DNA of 64,000 bases from an uncultured Nitrospiraceae bacterium (GTDB taxonomy: Bacteria; Nitrospirota; Nitrospiria; Nitrospirales; Nitrospiraceae), in contig CAVSTP010000004.1 of NCBI GenBank assembly GCA_963730935.1, forward strand, positions 128,001 through 192,000, read 5' to 3'. Shown here piece by piece: positions 8,640-17,400 of the stretch; the first letter of the stretch is position 1; each line of letters starts with the position of its first letter. The position numbers were made by a program, and so were the translations under genes. The notes beneath the pieces are model-generated. The model was not told where the DNA came from. It did no database searches and saw only the letters and a list, made by a program, of their open reading frames with translations.

Positions 8640-10205
8640 ATGGCGAAGCGTCGTCGCGGATGGATTGTCGCGGTCGTCGTCCTGAGCCTCCTGGTACTGA
8701 CCGTCGTTCTAGCTGCGTCCTTGGCCGACGAGCCTCTTCGACGGTATGTCGAAGACCAGGCGAATTCGAAATTGCCGGGCTTTCACGTGACGATCGGCGC
8801 CCTCGACCTCCATCCGCTGACTTTGTCGGCGGATCTTCGCGACGTCGTCGTCCGCCAGGACATTCACCCTGATCCACCCGTCGTTTCTATTCCACGCGTC
8901 ACCGCCGATGCCCTGCTGGCCCCTCTGTTCTCAGGACAAGTGGGGGCTGATCTTCGCGTGGAGACGCCGGCATTCGCCTTTAATAAAAAACACATTGATG
9001 GATTGTTCAGGAAACGGGAGACGGAAGACGTCGACGATCAGGCCGAAGTGTGGCAAAACCGGTTGCGGGAGAGCGTGGCGTTCCGAGGGACGTTCTCCGT
9101 GAACAACGGTCACCTCACGTATGACGAAGGCAAAACGGCTTCCGAACCCTTTCGGATCGACCGTATAGACGTCGAAGTGCGGAACTTTACGAATCGGCCC
9201 GAGGAAAACCAGGAATATCCTTCGCAGGTACGCATGAACGCGCTGTTTCAGGATCAGTCGCAGATGGGGCTCGAGGGCCGGGTAAATCTCTTGGCCATCC
9301 CGGTGCCTCGAGTCGAAGCCGACCTCAAGGTGGACCGTCTGCAATTGAAAAATCTGCTTCCGATTGCCGGGCGATACAACGTGCAGTGCACAACAGGGGC
9401 GCTCGATCTCCACGCGCGGGTGAAATACTCAACGGAAGCCACTATCGTCGAGATCAACGAACTGCGACTGCAAGATGCCAAGATCGATTACGTGCACTCG
9501 GCGGCGACGAAGCCTAAAGAAGTCCGACGGGCTAAGAAGGTCGCCGAGAAGGCCAACGAAGCGCCATCGACACGGGTCAAGGTCGAACATGGGAAGATCG
9601 TCAACAGCGAGGTCGGCTTCGTCAACAAGGCCACGGATCCCGACTATCGTGTCTCCATCAGCGACATAGACATGGATGTGACGAATCTCAGCAATCGCCT
9701 TGAGGAGGGGACCGGGATCGTCAAGATGACGGGCAAATTCATGGGGAGCGGTCCGATGGAGTGGAACGCCGCGTTCCGGCCGGAAAAACCCAGACCGGAC
9801 TTCGACCTGAACGTGAAAATCGTCCGGACGAAGGTGGAAGCGTTCAACAACGTCCTCCGTGCCTATGGCGACATGGACACGCATCACGGCATGTTCGCGT
9901 TTTTTGCCGACTTGAAGGTCAAGGACGATCAAATCCGCGGCTACGTGAAGCCGTTACTGAAGGACGTCGAGGTGTACGATCCGGAACAGGACAAGGATAA
10001 GCCGTTGACGAAAAAAATCTACGAATCGGTGGTCGGCGGCGTGCTGGGGATCCTGGAGAACAAGTCGAGGCACGAGGCGGCGACCGTCACCGACTTGTCC
10101 GGCCCTGTCGAGAACCCGCAGGCCAACACCTGGCAGATTGTCGCGAACTTGGTGCAAAACGCCTTCTTCAAAGCGATCCTGCCGGGCTTTGAACGAGTCA
10201 AATAA
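8640..10205 (+). CDS. DUF748-family (AsmA-like) protein
   Basis: N-terminal TM anchor, beta-rich body, C-terminal GYVKPLL...NAFFKAILPGF. Confidence 0.75.
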   Translation: MAKRRRGWIVAVVVLSLLVLTVVLAASLADEPLRRYVEDQANSKLPGFHVTIGALDLHPLTLSADLRDVVVRQDIHPDPPVVSIPRVTADALLAPLFSGQVGADLRVETPAFAFNKKHIDGLFRKRETEDVDDQAEVWQNRLRESVAFRGTFSVNNGHLTYDEGKTASEPFRIDRIDVEVRNFTNRPEENQEYPSQVRMNALFQDQSQMGLEGRVNLLAIPVPRVEADLKVDRLQLKNLLPIAGRYNVQCTTGALDLHARVKYSTEATIVEINELRLQDAKIDYVHSAATKPKEVRRAKKVAEKANEAPSTRVKVEHGKIVNSEVGFVNKATDPDYRVSISDIDMDVTNLSNRLEEGTGIVKMTGKFMGSGPMEWNAAFRPEKPRPDFDLNVKIVRTKVEAFNNVLRAYGDMDTHHGMFAFFADLKVKDDQIRGYVKPLLKDVEVYDPEQDKDKPLTKKIYESVVGGVLGILENKSRHEAATVTDLSGPVENPQANTWQIVANLVQNAFFKAILPGFERVK

Positions 10206-10206
10206 C

Positions 10207-11112
10207 ATGAGCGGAGCCAATCCCTGGAAGCTCGGCGGCCTGAACCTGGTGGAGTTGGGACGGCGGCTGTGGCACAAAAATCAACAAGACGAGGTGATGG
10301 GCCGTGCGGCGCAACTGTCGTATTACGCCCTGCTTGCGCTCTTTCCCGCTTTGATCTTCCTGACCGCCTTGATGGGTCTGTTCTCGGTTCAGCGCTTCAT
10401 GCCGGAGCTGATGAGTTACCTGCGCAACGTGCTTCCGGCGGACGCCTTGTCGATGGTCGAGCGATTTTTGACCCAGGTCGCCGAAGGCAGCGGAGCCAAT
10501 ATCTTGTCACTGGGTGCGCTCGGAGCGCTCTGGGCCTCGTCGAGCGGGGTGACGGCCATGATGGACGCGTTGAACGTAGTGTTCGATGTCAAGGAGGACC
10601 GGCGTCCCTTTTGGCGCGTCCGTTTGATCGCCATTCTCCTCACGATCGGACTGGCGGGTTTCGTGATCATGTCCCTGGCGCTGGTACTCTATGGACCGAC
10701 GATCGGGCGGTGGATTGCGGATCGGATGGGGTTCGGCATCGCATTCACCGGGATCTGGAACGTGCTGCAGTGGCCGATCATCGCCGGTCTCATGCTCATC
10801 GTCGTCGCGACCATTTATCACATCTGCCCCGACCGCCGGTACAAGCGCTGGCGTTTGATTACTCCCGGGGCGCTGTTCGCCGTAATCATGTGGCTGGTCG
10901 TGTCGCTCGGATTCAAGGCCTACGTGGACAATTTCAGCGACTACAACAAAGTGTACGGCTCGATCGCCGGCGTCATTGTCCTGATGCTGTGGTTTTACTG
11001 GAGCGGCCTAGTGCTGCTGCTGGGCGGGGAGATCAACGCGGAAATCGAAAAGCCGGCCGCCGAAAGGAATGTTGCGTCTGCTGAGCAGAGTCGGGCGAAA
11101 CAGGCGGCGTAA
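10207..11112 (+). CDS. YihY/virulence factor BrkB family membrane protein
   Basis: AAQLSYYALLALFPALI, ALWASSSG, YNKVYGSIAGVIVLMLW..LLGGEINA; start set at ATG 10207. Confidence 0.92.
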   Translation: MSGANPWKLGGLNLVELGRRLWHKNQQDEVMGRAAQLSYYALLALFPALIFLTALMGLFSVQRFMPELMSYLRNVLPADALSMVERFLTQVAEGSGANILSLGALGALWASSSGVTAMMDALNVVFDVKEDRRPFWRVRLIAILLTIGLAGFVIMSLALVLYGPTIGRWIADRMGFGIAFTGIWNVLQWPIIAGLMLIVVATIYHICPDRRYKRWRLITPGALFAVIMWLVVSLGFKAYVDNFSDYNKVYGSIAGVIVLMLWFYWSGLVLLLGGEINAEIEKPAAERNVASAEQSRAKQAA

Positions 11113-11129
11113 GCAGAGGGGAGGATGCC

Positions 11130-11996
11130 ATGGCTCGAACGCTTTGGAAGGGCGCCATCAGTTTTGGTCTCGTGCACATTCCGGTTGGACTCTATTCCGC
11201 CGAGAAGCGCAACAGCTTCGACCTCACGATGCTGGATCGGCGCTCGATGAAACCGGTGGGGTTCAAACGCTACAACAAGGAGACCGGAGAGGACGTTTCG
11301 TGGGACGACATCGTCAAGGGCTATGAGTATGAGAAAGACCGTTATGTCGTCCTGACCGAAGAAGATTTCAAACGCGCCAACGTCGAAGCGACTCAAACCG
11401 TCGATATTCTCAGTTTCGTCAATCGAGACCAGATCGGTACGATGTATTACGAAACCCCGTACTACCTCGCGCCGGACAAGCGGGGCCATAAAGGCTACGC
11501 GCTTCTGCGGGAAACGCTGACGCAGACCGGAAAAATCGGCATTGCCAACGTCGTCATCCGGACGCGCCAGTATGTGGCTGCTCTCATTCCTTACAAGCAC
11601 GTCATTCTGATGAACACGCTCCGGTACCCCAGCGAGTTGCGGGACACCGACGATCTGGATGTGCCCTCGAGCAATCTCAAAGAGGTCGGCGTCAGTTCCC
11701 GGGAGGTGGAGATGGCGCGCAAGCTTGTCGAAGGCATGAGCGCGTCCTGGAAACCCGAGGACTACCGCGATACCTATCATGAAGATCTGCTGGCGTTGAT
11801 TGAAAAACGCGTGCAGGCGGGGCAGACGGAAATGGTGACTGAACCCTCGCCGGACGAGGAGAAACGGCCCGCCAAAGGCGAAGTCGTGGATTTGATGGCG
11901 CTGCTGAAGAAGAGCGTGGAAGAAAAAGGGAAGGTGCGCAGGCCGCAGGCGGCGGCGAAGGCACGAGCCCGGAAGTCCGGTCGCAAAGCGGCATAA
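11130..11996 (+). CDS. ku: Ku protein, NHEJ DNA end-binding
   Basis: WKGAISFGLVHIPV, IVKGYEY, YETPYYL, VVDLMALLKKSV, basic C-terminal tail. Confidence 0.96.
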   Translation: MARTLWKGAISFGLVHIPVGLYSAEKRNSFDLTMLDRRSMKPVGFKRYNKETGEDVSWDDIVKGYEYEKDRYVVLTEEDFKRANVEATQTVDILSFVNRDQIGTMYYETPYYLAPDKRGHKGYALLRETLTQTGKIGIANVVIRTRQYVAALIPYKHVILMNTLRYPSELRDTDDLDVPSSNLKEVGVSSREVEMARKLVEGMSASWKPEDYRDTYHEDLLALIEKRVQAGQTEMVTEPSPDEEKRPAKGEVVDLMALLKKSVEEKGKVRRPQAAAKARARKSGRKAA

Positions 11997-12000
11997 CGTG

Positions 12001-12093
12001 CATATCAGATCTCCAATCTCCAGTTTCAGATCGCCAAGATTGTGAGATCCGAGATTCTTGCACATGTGAAATGTGAGCTCTGAGATATGAAAT
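12001..12093. repeat. Degenerate heptamer repeats (ATCTCAA/TTGAGAT-like) in inverted arrangement
   Basis: atcagat-ctccaat-ctccagt-ttcagat facing atgtgaa-atgtgag-ctctgag-atatgaa. Confidence 0.45.
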
Positions 12094-13181
12094 CGGGACC
12101 ATGTTCCCCCACCACCGCCGACGGCAAATCGGCAGCTCGTTCTGCCGGTTTGCGCTACGTCGACGACCGACGTCCAGGCATCACCAGAGTCAGGCAGGGA
12201 AAGGGCGTCAGCTATCGGGATCCCGACGGGCGCCGAATCCTTCACGGGGAAACACTCACCCGCATCCGGTCATTGGCCGTGCCGCCGGCGTGGCGCGACG
12301 TCTGGATCTGTCCCGATCCAGAAGGGCACGTGCAGGCAACCGGTCGCGACGCGAGAGGCCGCAAACAGTACCGGTATCATCCACGCTGGCGTGAGGTGCG
12401 TGACGGCGACAAATACGAGCGGATGATTGCCTTTGGCCGTGCGCTCCCATTCATTCGAAGACGTGTGGAAAAGGATCTCGCGCGGCCGGGTCTTCCACGG
12501 GAAAAAATCCTGGCCACTGTGGTGCGACTTTTAGAAGTGACGCTGATTCGCGTCGGCAACGAGGAGTACGCCAGACAGAATGAGTCGTTTGGTCTTGCGA
12601 CGATGCGCGATCGTCACGTGCGTGTGAACGGGTCATCCCTCAGGTTCGAATTTCGAGGCAAGAGCGGCATCTTTCACGCGGTCGATGTCGAAGACCGCCG
12701 CCTCGCACGCATCGTTCGTCAGAGCCGTGATCTGCCGGGGTTCGAACTGTTCCAGTACGTCGATGCCAGCGGTGAGCGGCGGGCGATCGGTGCCTCCGAC
12801 GTCAACGCCTATCTCAAATCCGCCGCGGGGGATGAGTTTACCGCTAAGGATTTTCGCACTTGGGCCGGTACCGTGCTCGCGGCGCGGGCCCTGCGTGAAT
12901 TGGCGGTGTTCGAGTCCCAGGCCCAGGCGAAACGGAATGTTCTTCGAGCGGTCGAGGCGGTGGCGAAACGTCTCGGGAACACGAGAGCCGTCTGCCGGAG
13001 GTGCTATGTCCATCCTGAGGTCGTGAACGCATACCTCGACGGGACACTTGCGGAGTCGCTCAATCGGAAAGCCGGCCGGGAACTCCGCTCAAATCTGAAA
13101 AACTTGTCACACGAGGAAGCGGCCGTCTTGGCGCTGCTCCGCCGCGGATTGGAACAGGACGCCCGCTTGGCGGCGGCTTGA
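12087..13181 (+). CDS. Bacterial (poxvirus-like) DNA topoisomerase IB
   Basis: PPAWRDVWI, GRDARGRKQYRYH, IRVGNEEY, GKSG, AKDFRTW, LGNTRAVCRRCY (catalytic Tyr). Confidence 0.95.
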   Translation: MKSGPCSPTTADGKSAARSAGLRYVDDRRPGITRVRQGKGVSYRDPDGRRILHGETLTRIRSLAVPPAWRDVWICPDPEGHVQATGRDARGRKQYRYHPRWREVRDGDKYERMIAFGRALPFIRRRVEKDLARPGLPREKILATVVRLLEVTLIRVGNEEYARQNESFGLATMRDRHVRVNGSSLRFEFRGKSGIFHAVDVEDRRLARIVRQSRDLPGFELFQYVDASGERRAIGASDVNAYLKSAAGDEFTAKDFRTWAGTVLAARALRELAVFESQAQAKRNVLRAVEAVAKRLGNTRAVCRRCYVHPEVVNAYLDGTLAESLNRKAGRELRSNLKNLSHEEAAVLALLRRGLEQDARLAAA

Positions 13182-13196
13182 AGAGGCGACCGGCGA

Positions 13197-14192
13197 GTGA
13201 TGCCATCCACCTGCTGCTCCATCGTCGTGCTCTCTTCACTTCTTCTCACCGCCTGTGCCTCTACGTTGCCGCCCGGGAAAGCGACCTTCATGTTTGACCG
13301 TCGCTGCCTGCCTGCTTCAATGGAGCTGCGCCGGATGCCACTTAGCGAGGTCGACAGGCGGGTTTCATCCAAGCCGTCGGCGGAACGGGACGCAGCGGCT
13401 AAACTGTATTCCACGATCGCCGTCCATGCCGCGGAGGTCATGGACCTTTTGCCGCTGCTGAATCGTCTGGCCCAGTTGGAAACCGAACAAGCGCCCCTTG
13501 CGGACATCGAGCGCGCACGCAGAAAATTGACGACGCACCTGCAACTGGCAAATCTTGAGGTTTCCAGTATCGTCGCAGAGATCGAGTGCGAAGCTCAACG
13601 AGCAGACGAGGTTCAGGATCGACTGAAACAAGTGCAAACGACACGGACGACGACCCAGACGATCCTCGGCGTGATCTTCGGAGGCTTGGCAAACATTTTG
13701 TCGGGCGGCATCGGCATGGCGACGCGGGCTGGAGATGCGGCCAACATCGCCTCGGTTGCGGGCGGTACCTTGGAAGTGCTGTTCGGCACGTCCGCCAATT
13801 TCACGAAGGTGCGTCAGGAATTCAGCCATCCGCACAATCACCTCCAAGCCTTCTGGGACGGCGAAGCAAACCAGCGAGAGTTTTTTCCCCCCGGCGTTTG
13901 GCGGTTTCTGACGGAGCCGGATATCCGCGATGTCGAGGGACACAGCCTGCGCGATGTGCTCGTTGAGACGTGGAATGAACAGGGGCGGCTGGGTGATCCA
14001 GGGTCTCAGGAAGAGCAACGCCGTAAGGCGCTCTTGTTCGGCGACGGCGGACTCTACGATAGCGATGATTTGCATGTCAGAGAAGCGATGCTGCAACAGT
14101 TGGAATCCAGCATCCAACTCATGCACCAGGATCTGGAAACGCTGTTACGTGAAGTATTGCTCCGCCAGGCGTTGGAGGAGGATCGCGTCTGA
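13197..14192 (+). CDS. Hypothetical lipoprotein
   Basis: Lipobox LLTAC; coiled coil followed by a Gly-rich hydrophobic hairpin. Confidence 0.7.
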   Translation: MMPSTCCSIVVLSSLLLTACASTLPPGKATFMFDRRCLPASMELRRMPLSEVDRRVSSKPSAERDAAAKLYSTIAVHAAEVMDLLPLLNRLAQLETEQAPLADIERARRKLTTHLQLANLEVSSIVAEIECEAQRADEVQDRLKQVQTTRTTTQTILGVIFGGLANILSGGIGMATRAGDAANIASVAGGTLEVLFGTSANFTKVRQEFSHPHNHLQAFWDGEANQREFFPPGVWRFLTEPDIRDVEGHSLRDVLVETWNEQGRLGDPGSQEEQRRKALLFGDGGLYDSDDLHVREAMLQQLESSIQLMHQDLETLLREVLLRQALEEDRV

Positions 14193-14245
14193 GACCGGAT
14201 GTACAAAATGGTGACGGATATCCCGTAGGAGCAGGCGGAGGTTTT

Positions 14246-14261
14246 CCAGGGGTATCACTAG
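14246..14261. promoter_or_regulatory. Putative operator palindrome, degenerate
   Basis: CCAGGG GTAT CACTAG, same GTAT spacer as the perfect copies. Confidence 0.55.
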
Positions 14262-14392
14262 GTAGGTCCAGCGGTGGCCTGCCAAAGGATCGCTTTAGGG
14301 AAGCTCTTCGCTCTGCCGGTCAAAGTAGCTAAAGGCCAGAAAAACGGGAGCTTAGGAACAATCTTCGGATGCCTCACCAATACGGCTTCTCT

Positions 14393-14412
14393 AACTAGGG
14401 GTATCCCTAGTT
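14393..14412. promoter_or_regulatory. Perfect operator-like palindrome upstream of the poly-HAMP kinase
   Basis: AACTAGGG GTAT CCCTAGTT (8-bp perfect arms). Confidence 0.7.
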
Positions 14413-14499
14413 CGCAAGGTCTATTTCCCCGATGTACGGTGCTTCGGTTCATATCCACCAGCTTCCTCAAAACGGGCATTTCCTCCCCGGAGGCATACG

Positions 14500-17400
14500 A
14501 TGAAGCAACCAAGCGACGAGCAAGAGAGAACGGCGCTGGAAGAAGCGCCAACCGCGACCAATGGAGGGACGCGGCGACGGCAGGATATTGCCGAGCAACT
14601 CGGCGAAATTCTTAACGTCATGGTCGCTTACCGCAACGGAGATTTCAGCGTCAGGCTGCCGTCGACGTGGACAGGGGTGCTCGGAAAAATGTCCGACACG
14701 ATGAACGATATTCTGGCCGTCAGTCAAAGACGGGCAGAAGAAGTCGTTCGTATCTCGCGCGTCGTCGGTAAAGAAGGACGACTACGGCAGCGTTTGTCCG
14801 TGCCCGGGGTGTCGGGAGGATGGGCGGACGAAATCGATTCACTCAACACATTGATCGACGACCTGGCATCTCCAACGACCGAGGTGACCCGCGCGGTCGG
14901 TGCCGTCGGTAAGGGCGACCTCAGTCAGGCGATGGCGCTGGACAAAGACGGGCGTCCGCTCGAGGGAGAATTCCTTCGCAGCGCGAAGCTGGTCAACAAG
15001 ATGATCGAGCAATTGGCGGTCTTCACATCGGAAGTCACCCGTGTGGCGCGCGAGGTCGGCACCGAAGGCAAGCTCGGCGGCCAGGCCCAAGTCAAAGGGG
15101 CGAGCGGCGTGTGGAAAGAGCTTACCGATTCCGTCAACCAGATGGCCGGCAACCTGACGGCGCAGGTGCGCAACATCGCCGAGGTGACGATCGCGGTCGC
15201 CAACGGCGACCTGTCGAAAAAGATCACCGTCGACGTCCGGGGCGAAATCCTTCAATTGAAAGAGGCCATCAATACGATGGTCGAGCAGCTGCGGTCGTTC
15301 GCCTCGGAGGTCACGCGTGTGGCCCGCGAGGTCGGCACCGAAGGCAAGCTCGGCGGCCAGGCGGTCGTGCCGGGCGTGGCGGGAACCTGGAAAGACCTCA
15401 CCGACAACGTCAATTCCATGGCCTCCAACCTCACCGCGCAGGTCCGCAACATCGTCGAAGTCACGGTCGCCGTGGCCCGCGGCGACTTGTCCCGCAAGAT
15501 CACTGTGGACGTCCGGGGCGAAATTCTTCAGCTCAAGGAAACAATCAATACGATGGTCGAGCAGTTGCGGTCGTTCGCGTCGGAAGTCACCCGCGTGGCG
15601 CGCGAGGTCGGCACCGAGGGTAAGCTCGGCGTCAACGCGGACGTACCTGGCGTCGGCGGAACTTGGAAGGATCTCACCGACTCGGTCAACGCCATGGCCA
15701 ACAACCTGACAGCGCAGGTGCGCAACATCGCCGAAGTCACGACGGCCGTGGCCCGCGGCGACTTGTCCCGCAAGATCACGGTCGACGTGAAGGGCGAGAT
15801 CCTCGCGTTGAAAAACACAATCAACACGATGGTAGACCAGCTCAACGGTTTCGCGGCCGAGGTCACCCGCGTGGCACGCGACGTCGGCACGGAAGGGAAA
15901 CTCGGCGTGCAGGCCGTCGTGCCGGGCGTCGGAGGAACTTGGAAAGATCTCACCGATTCGGTCAACGCGATGGGCGTCAACCTCACGGCGCAGGTGCGCA
16001 ATATTGCCGAGGTGGCGACGGCCGTGGCCCGCGGCGACTTGTCCCGCAAGATCACGGTCGACGTGAAGGGCGAGATCCTCGAGTTGAAAAACACGCTGAA
16101 TACGATGGTGGACCAGCTCAACGGTTTCGCAGCCGAGGTCACTCGGGTCGCGCGTGAGGTCGGCACCGAAGGGAAACTCGGCGTGCAGGCCGTCGTGCCG
16201 GGCGTCGGGGGGACCTGGAAAGACCTCACCGACAACGTCAACAGCATGGCGAACAATCTGACGGCGCAGGTGCGCAATATTGCCGAGGTGGCGACGTCAG
16301 TTGCGCGCGGCGACTTGTCCCGCAAGATCACGGTCGACGTGAGCGGCGAGATTCTTCAGCTGAAGGAAACGATCAACGTCATGGTCGAGCAGTTACGGTC
16401 GTTCGCCTCGGAAGTGACACGTGTGGCCCGCGAGGTCGGCACCGAAGGCAAGCTCGGCGGCCAGGCCCAGGTCAAAGGCGTCAGCGGCGTCTGGAAGGAG
16501 TTGACCGAGAGCGTGAACGAAATGGCGGGAAACCTCACCGCGCAGGTGCGCAACATTGCGGAGGTCACGGTCGCCGTGGCCAACGGTGACTTGTCGAAAA
16601 AGATCATCGTCGACGTGCGCGGAGAAATTCTTCAGTTGAAAGAGGCCATCAATACGATGGTCGAGCAGCTGCGGTCGTTCGCGTCGGAGGTCACCCGCGT
16701 GGCCCGCGAGGTCGGCACGGAAGGCAAGCTCGGCGGCCAGGCCCAGGTCCGTGGTGTCAGCGGCGTGTGGAAGGAATTGACCGACTCCGTCAATCAGATG
16801 GCGGGTAACCTCACAGACCAGGTCCGGAACATCGCCGAGGTGACGATCGCGGTCGCCAACGGCGACCTGTCGAAAAAGATTACCGTCGATGTGCGTGGCG
16901 AAATCCTGCAGCTCAAGGAAGCGGCGAACACGATGGTGGAGCAGCTGCGGTCGTTCGCGTCGGAAGTCACCCGCGTGGCGCGCGAGGTCGGCACGGAAGG
17001 CAAGCTCGGCGGCCAGGCGGTCGTGCCCGGCGTCGCGGGAACCTGGAAGGACCTGACCGACAACGTGAACTCCATGGCATCGAACCTGACGGCGCAGGTG
17101 CGCAACATCGCCGAGGTCACGATCGCGGTTGCCAACGGCGACTTGTCGCGCAAGATCACGGTCGACGTCCGCGGGGAAATTTTGCAGTTGAAGGAGGCCA
17201 TCAACACGATGGTCGAGCAGTTGCGGTCGTTCGCGTCGGAGGTCACCCGCGTGGCCCGCGAGGTCGGGACCGAAGGACGATTGGGCGTGCAGGCGGTCGT
17301 GCCGGGCGTCGCCGGCACGTGGAAGGACCTCACCGACTCGGTCAACGCGATGGGCGCCAATCTCACCGCACAGGTGAGAAACATCGCCGAGGTCACGACC

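Noticed and set aside
7463..13181. Holin-like gene, Ku and poxvirus-like topoisomerase as prophage evidence
   Set aside because: No integrase, terminase, capsid, tail or endolysin genes were seen, and these families are common in chromosomal stress clusters.
12087..13181. Tyrosine recombinase/integrase interpretation
   Set aside because: The motifs (GRKQYRYH, KDFRTW, LGNT...CY) are those of topoisomerase IB, which shares the fold.
14258..14615. Short ORFs upstream of the poly-HAMP kinase
   Set aside because: They overlap the presumed promoter and palindromes and have no recognisable protein features.
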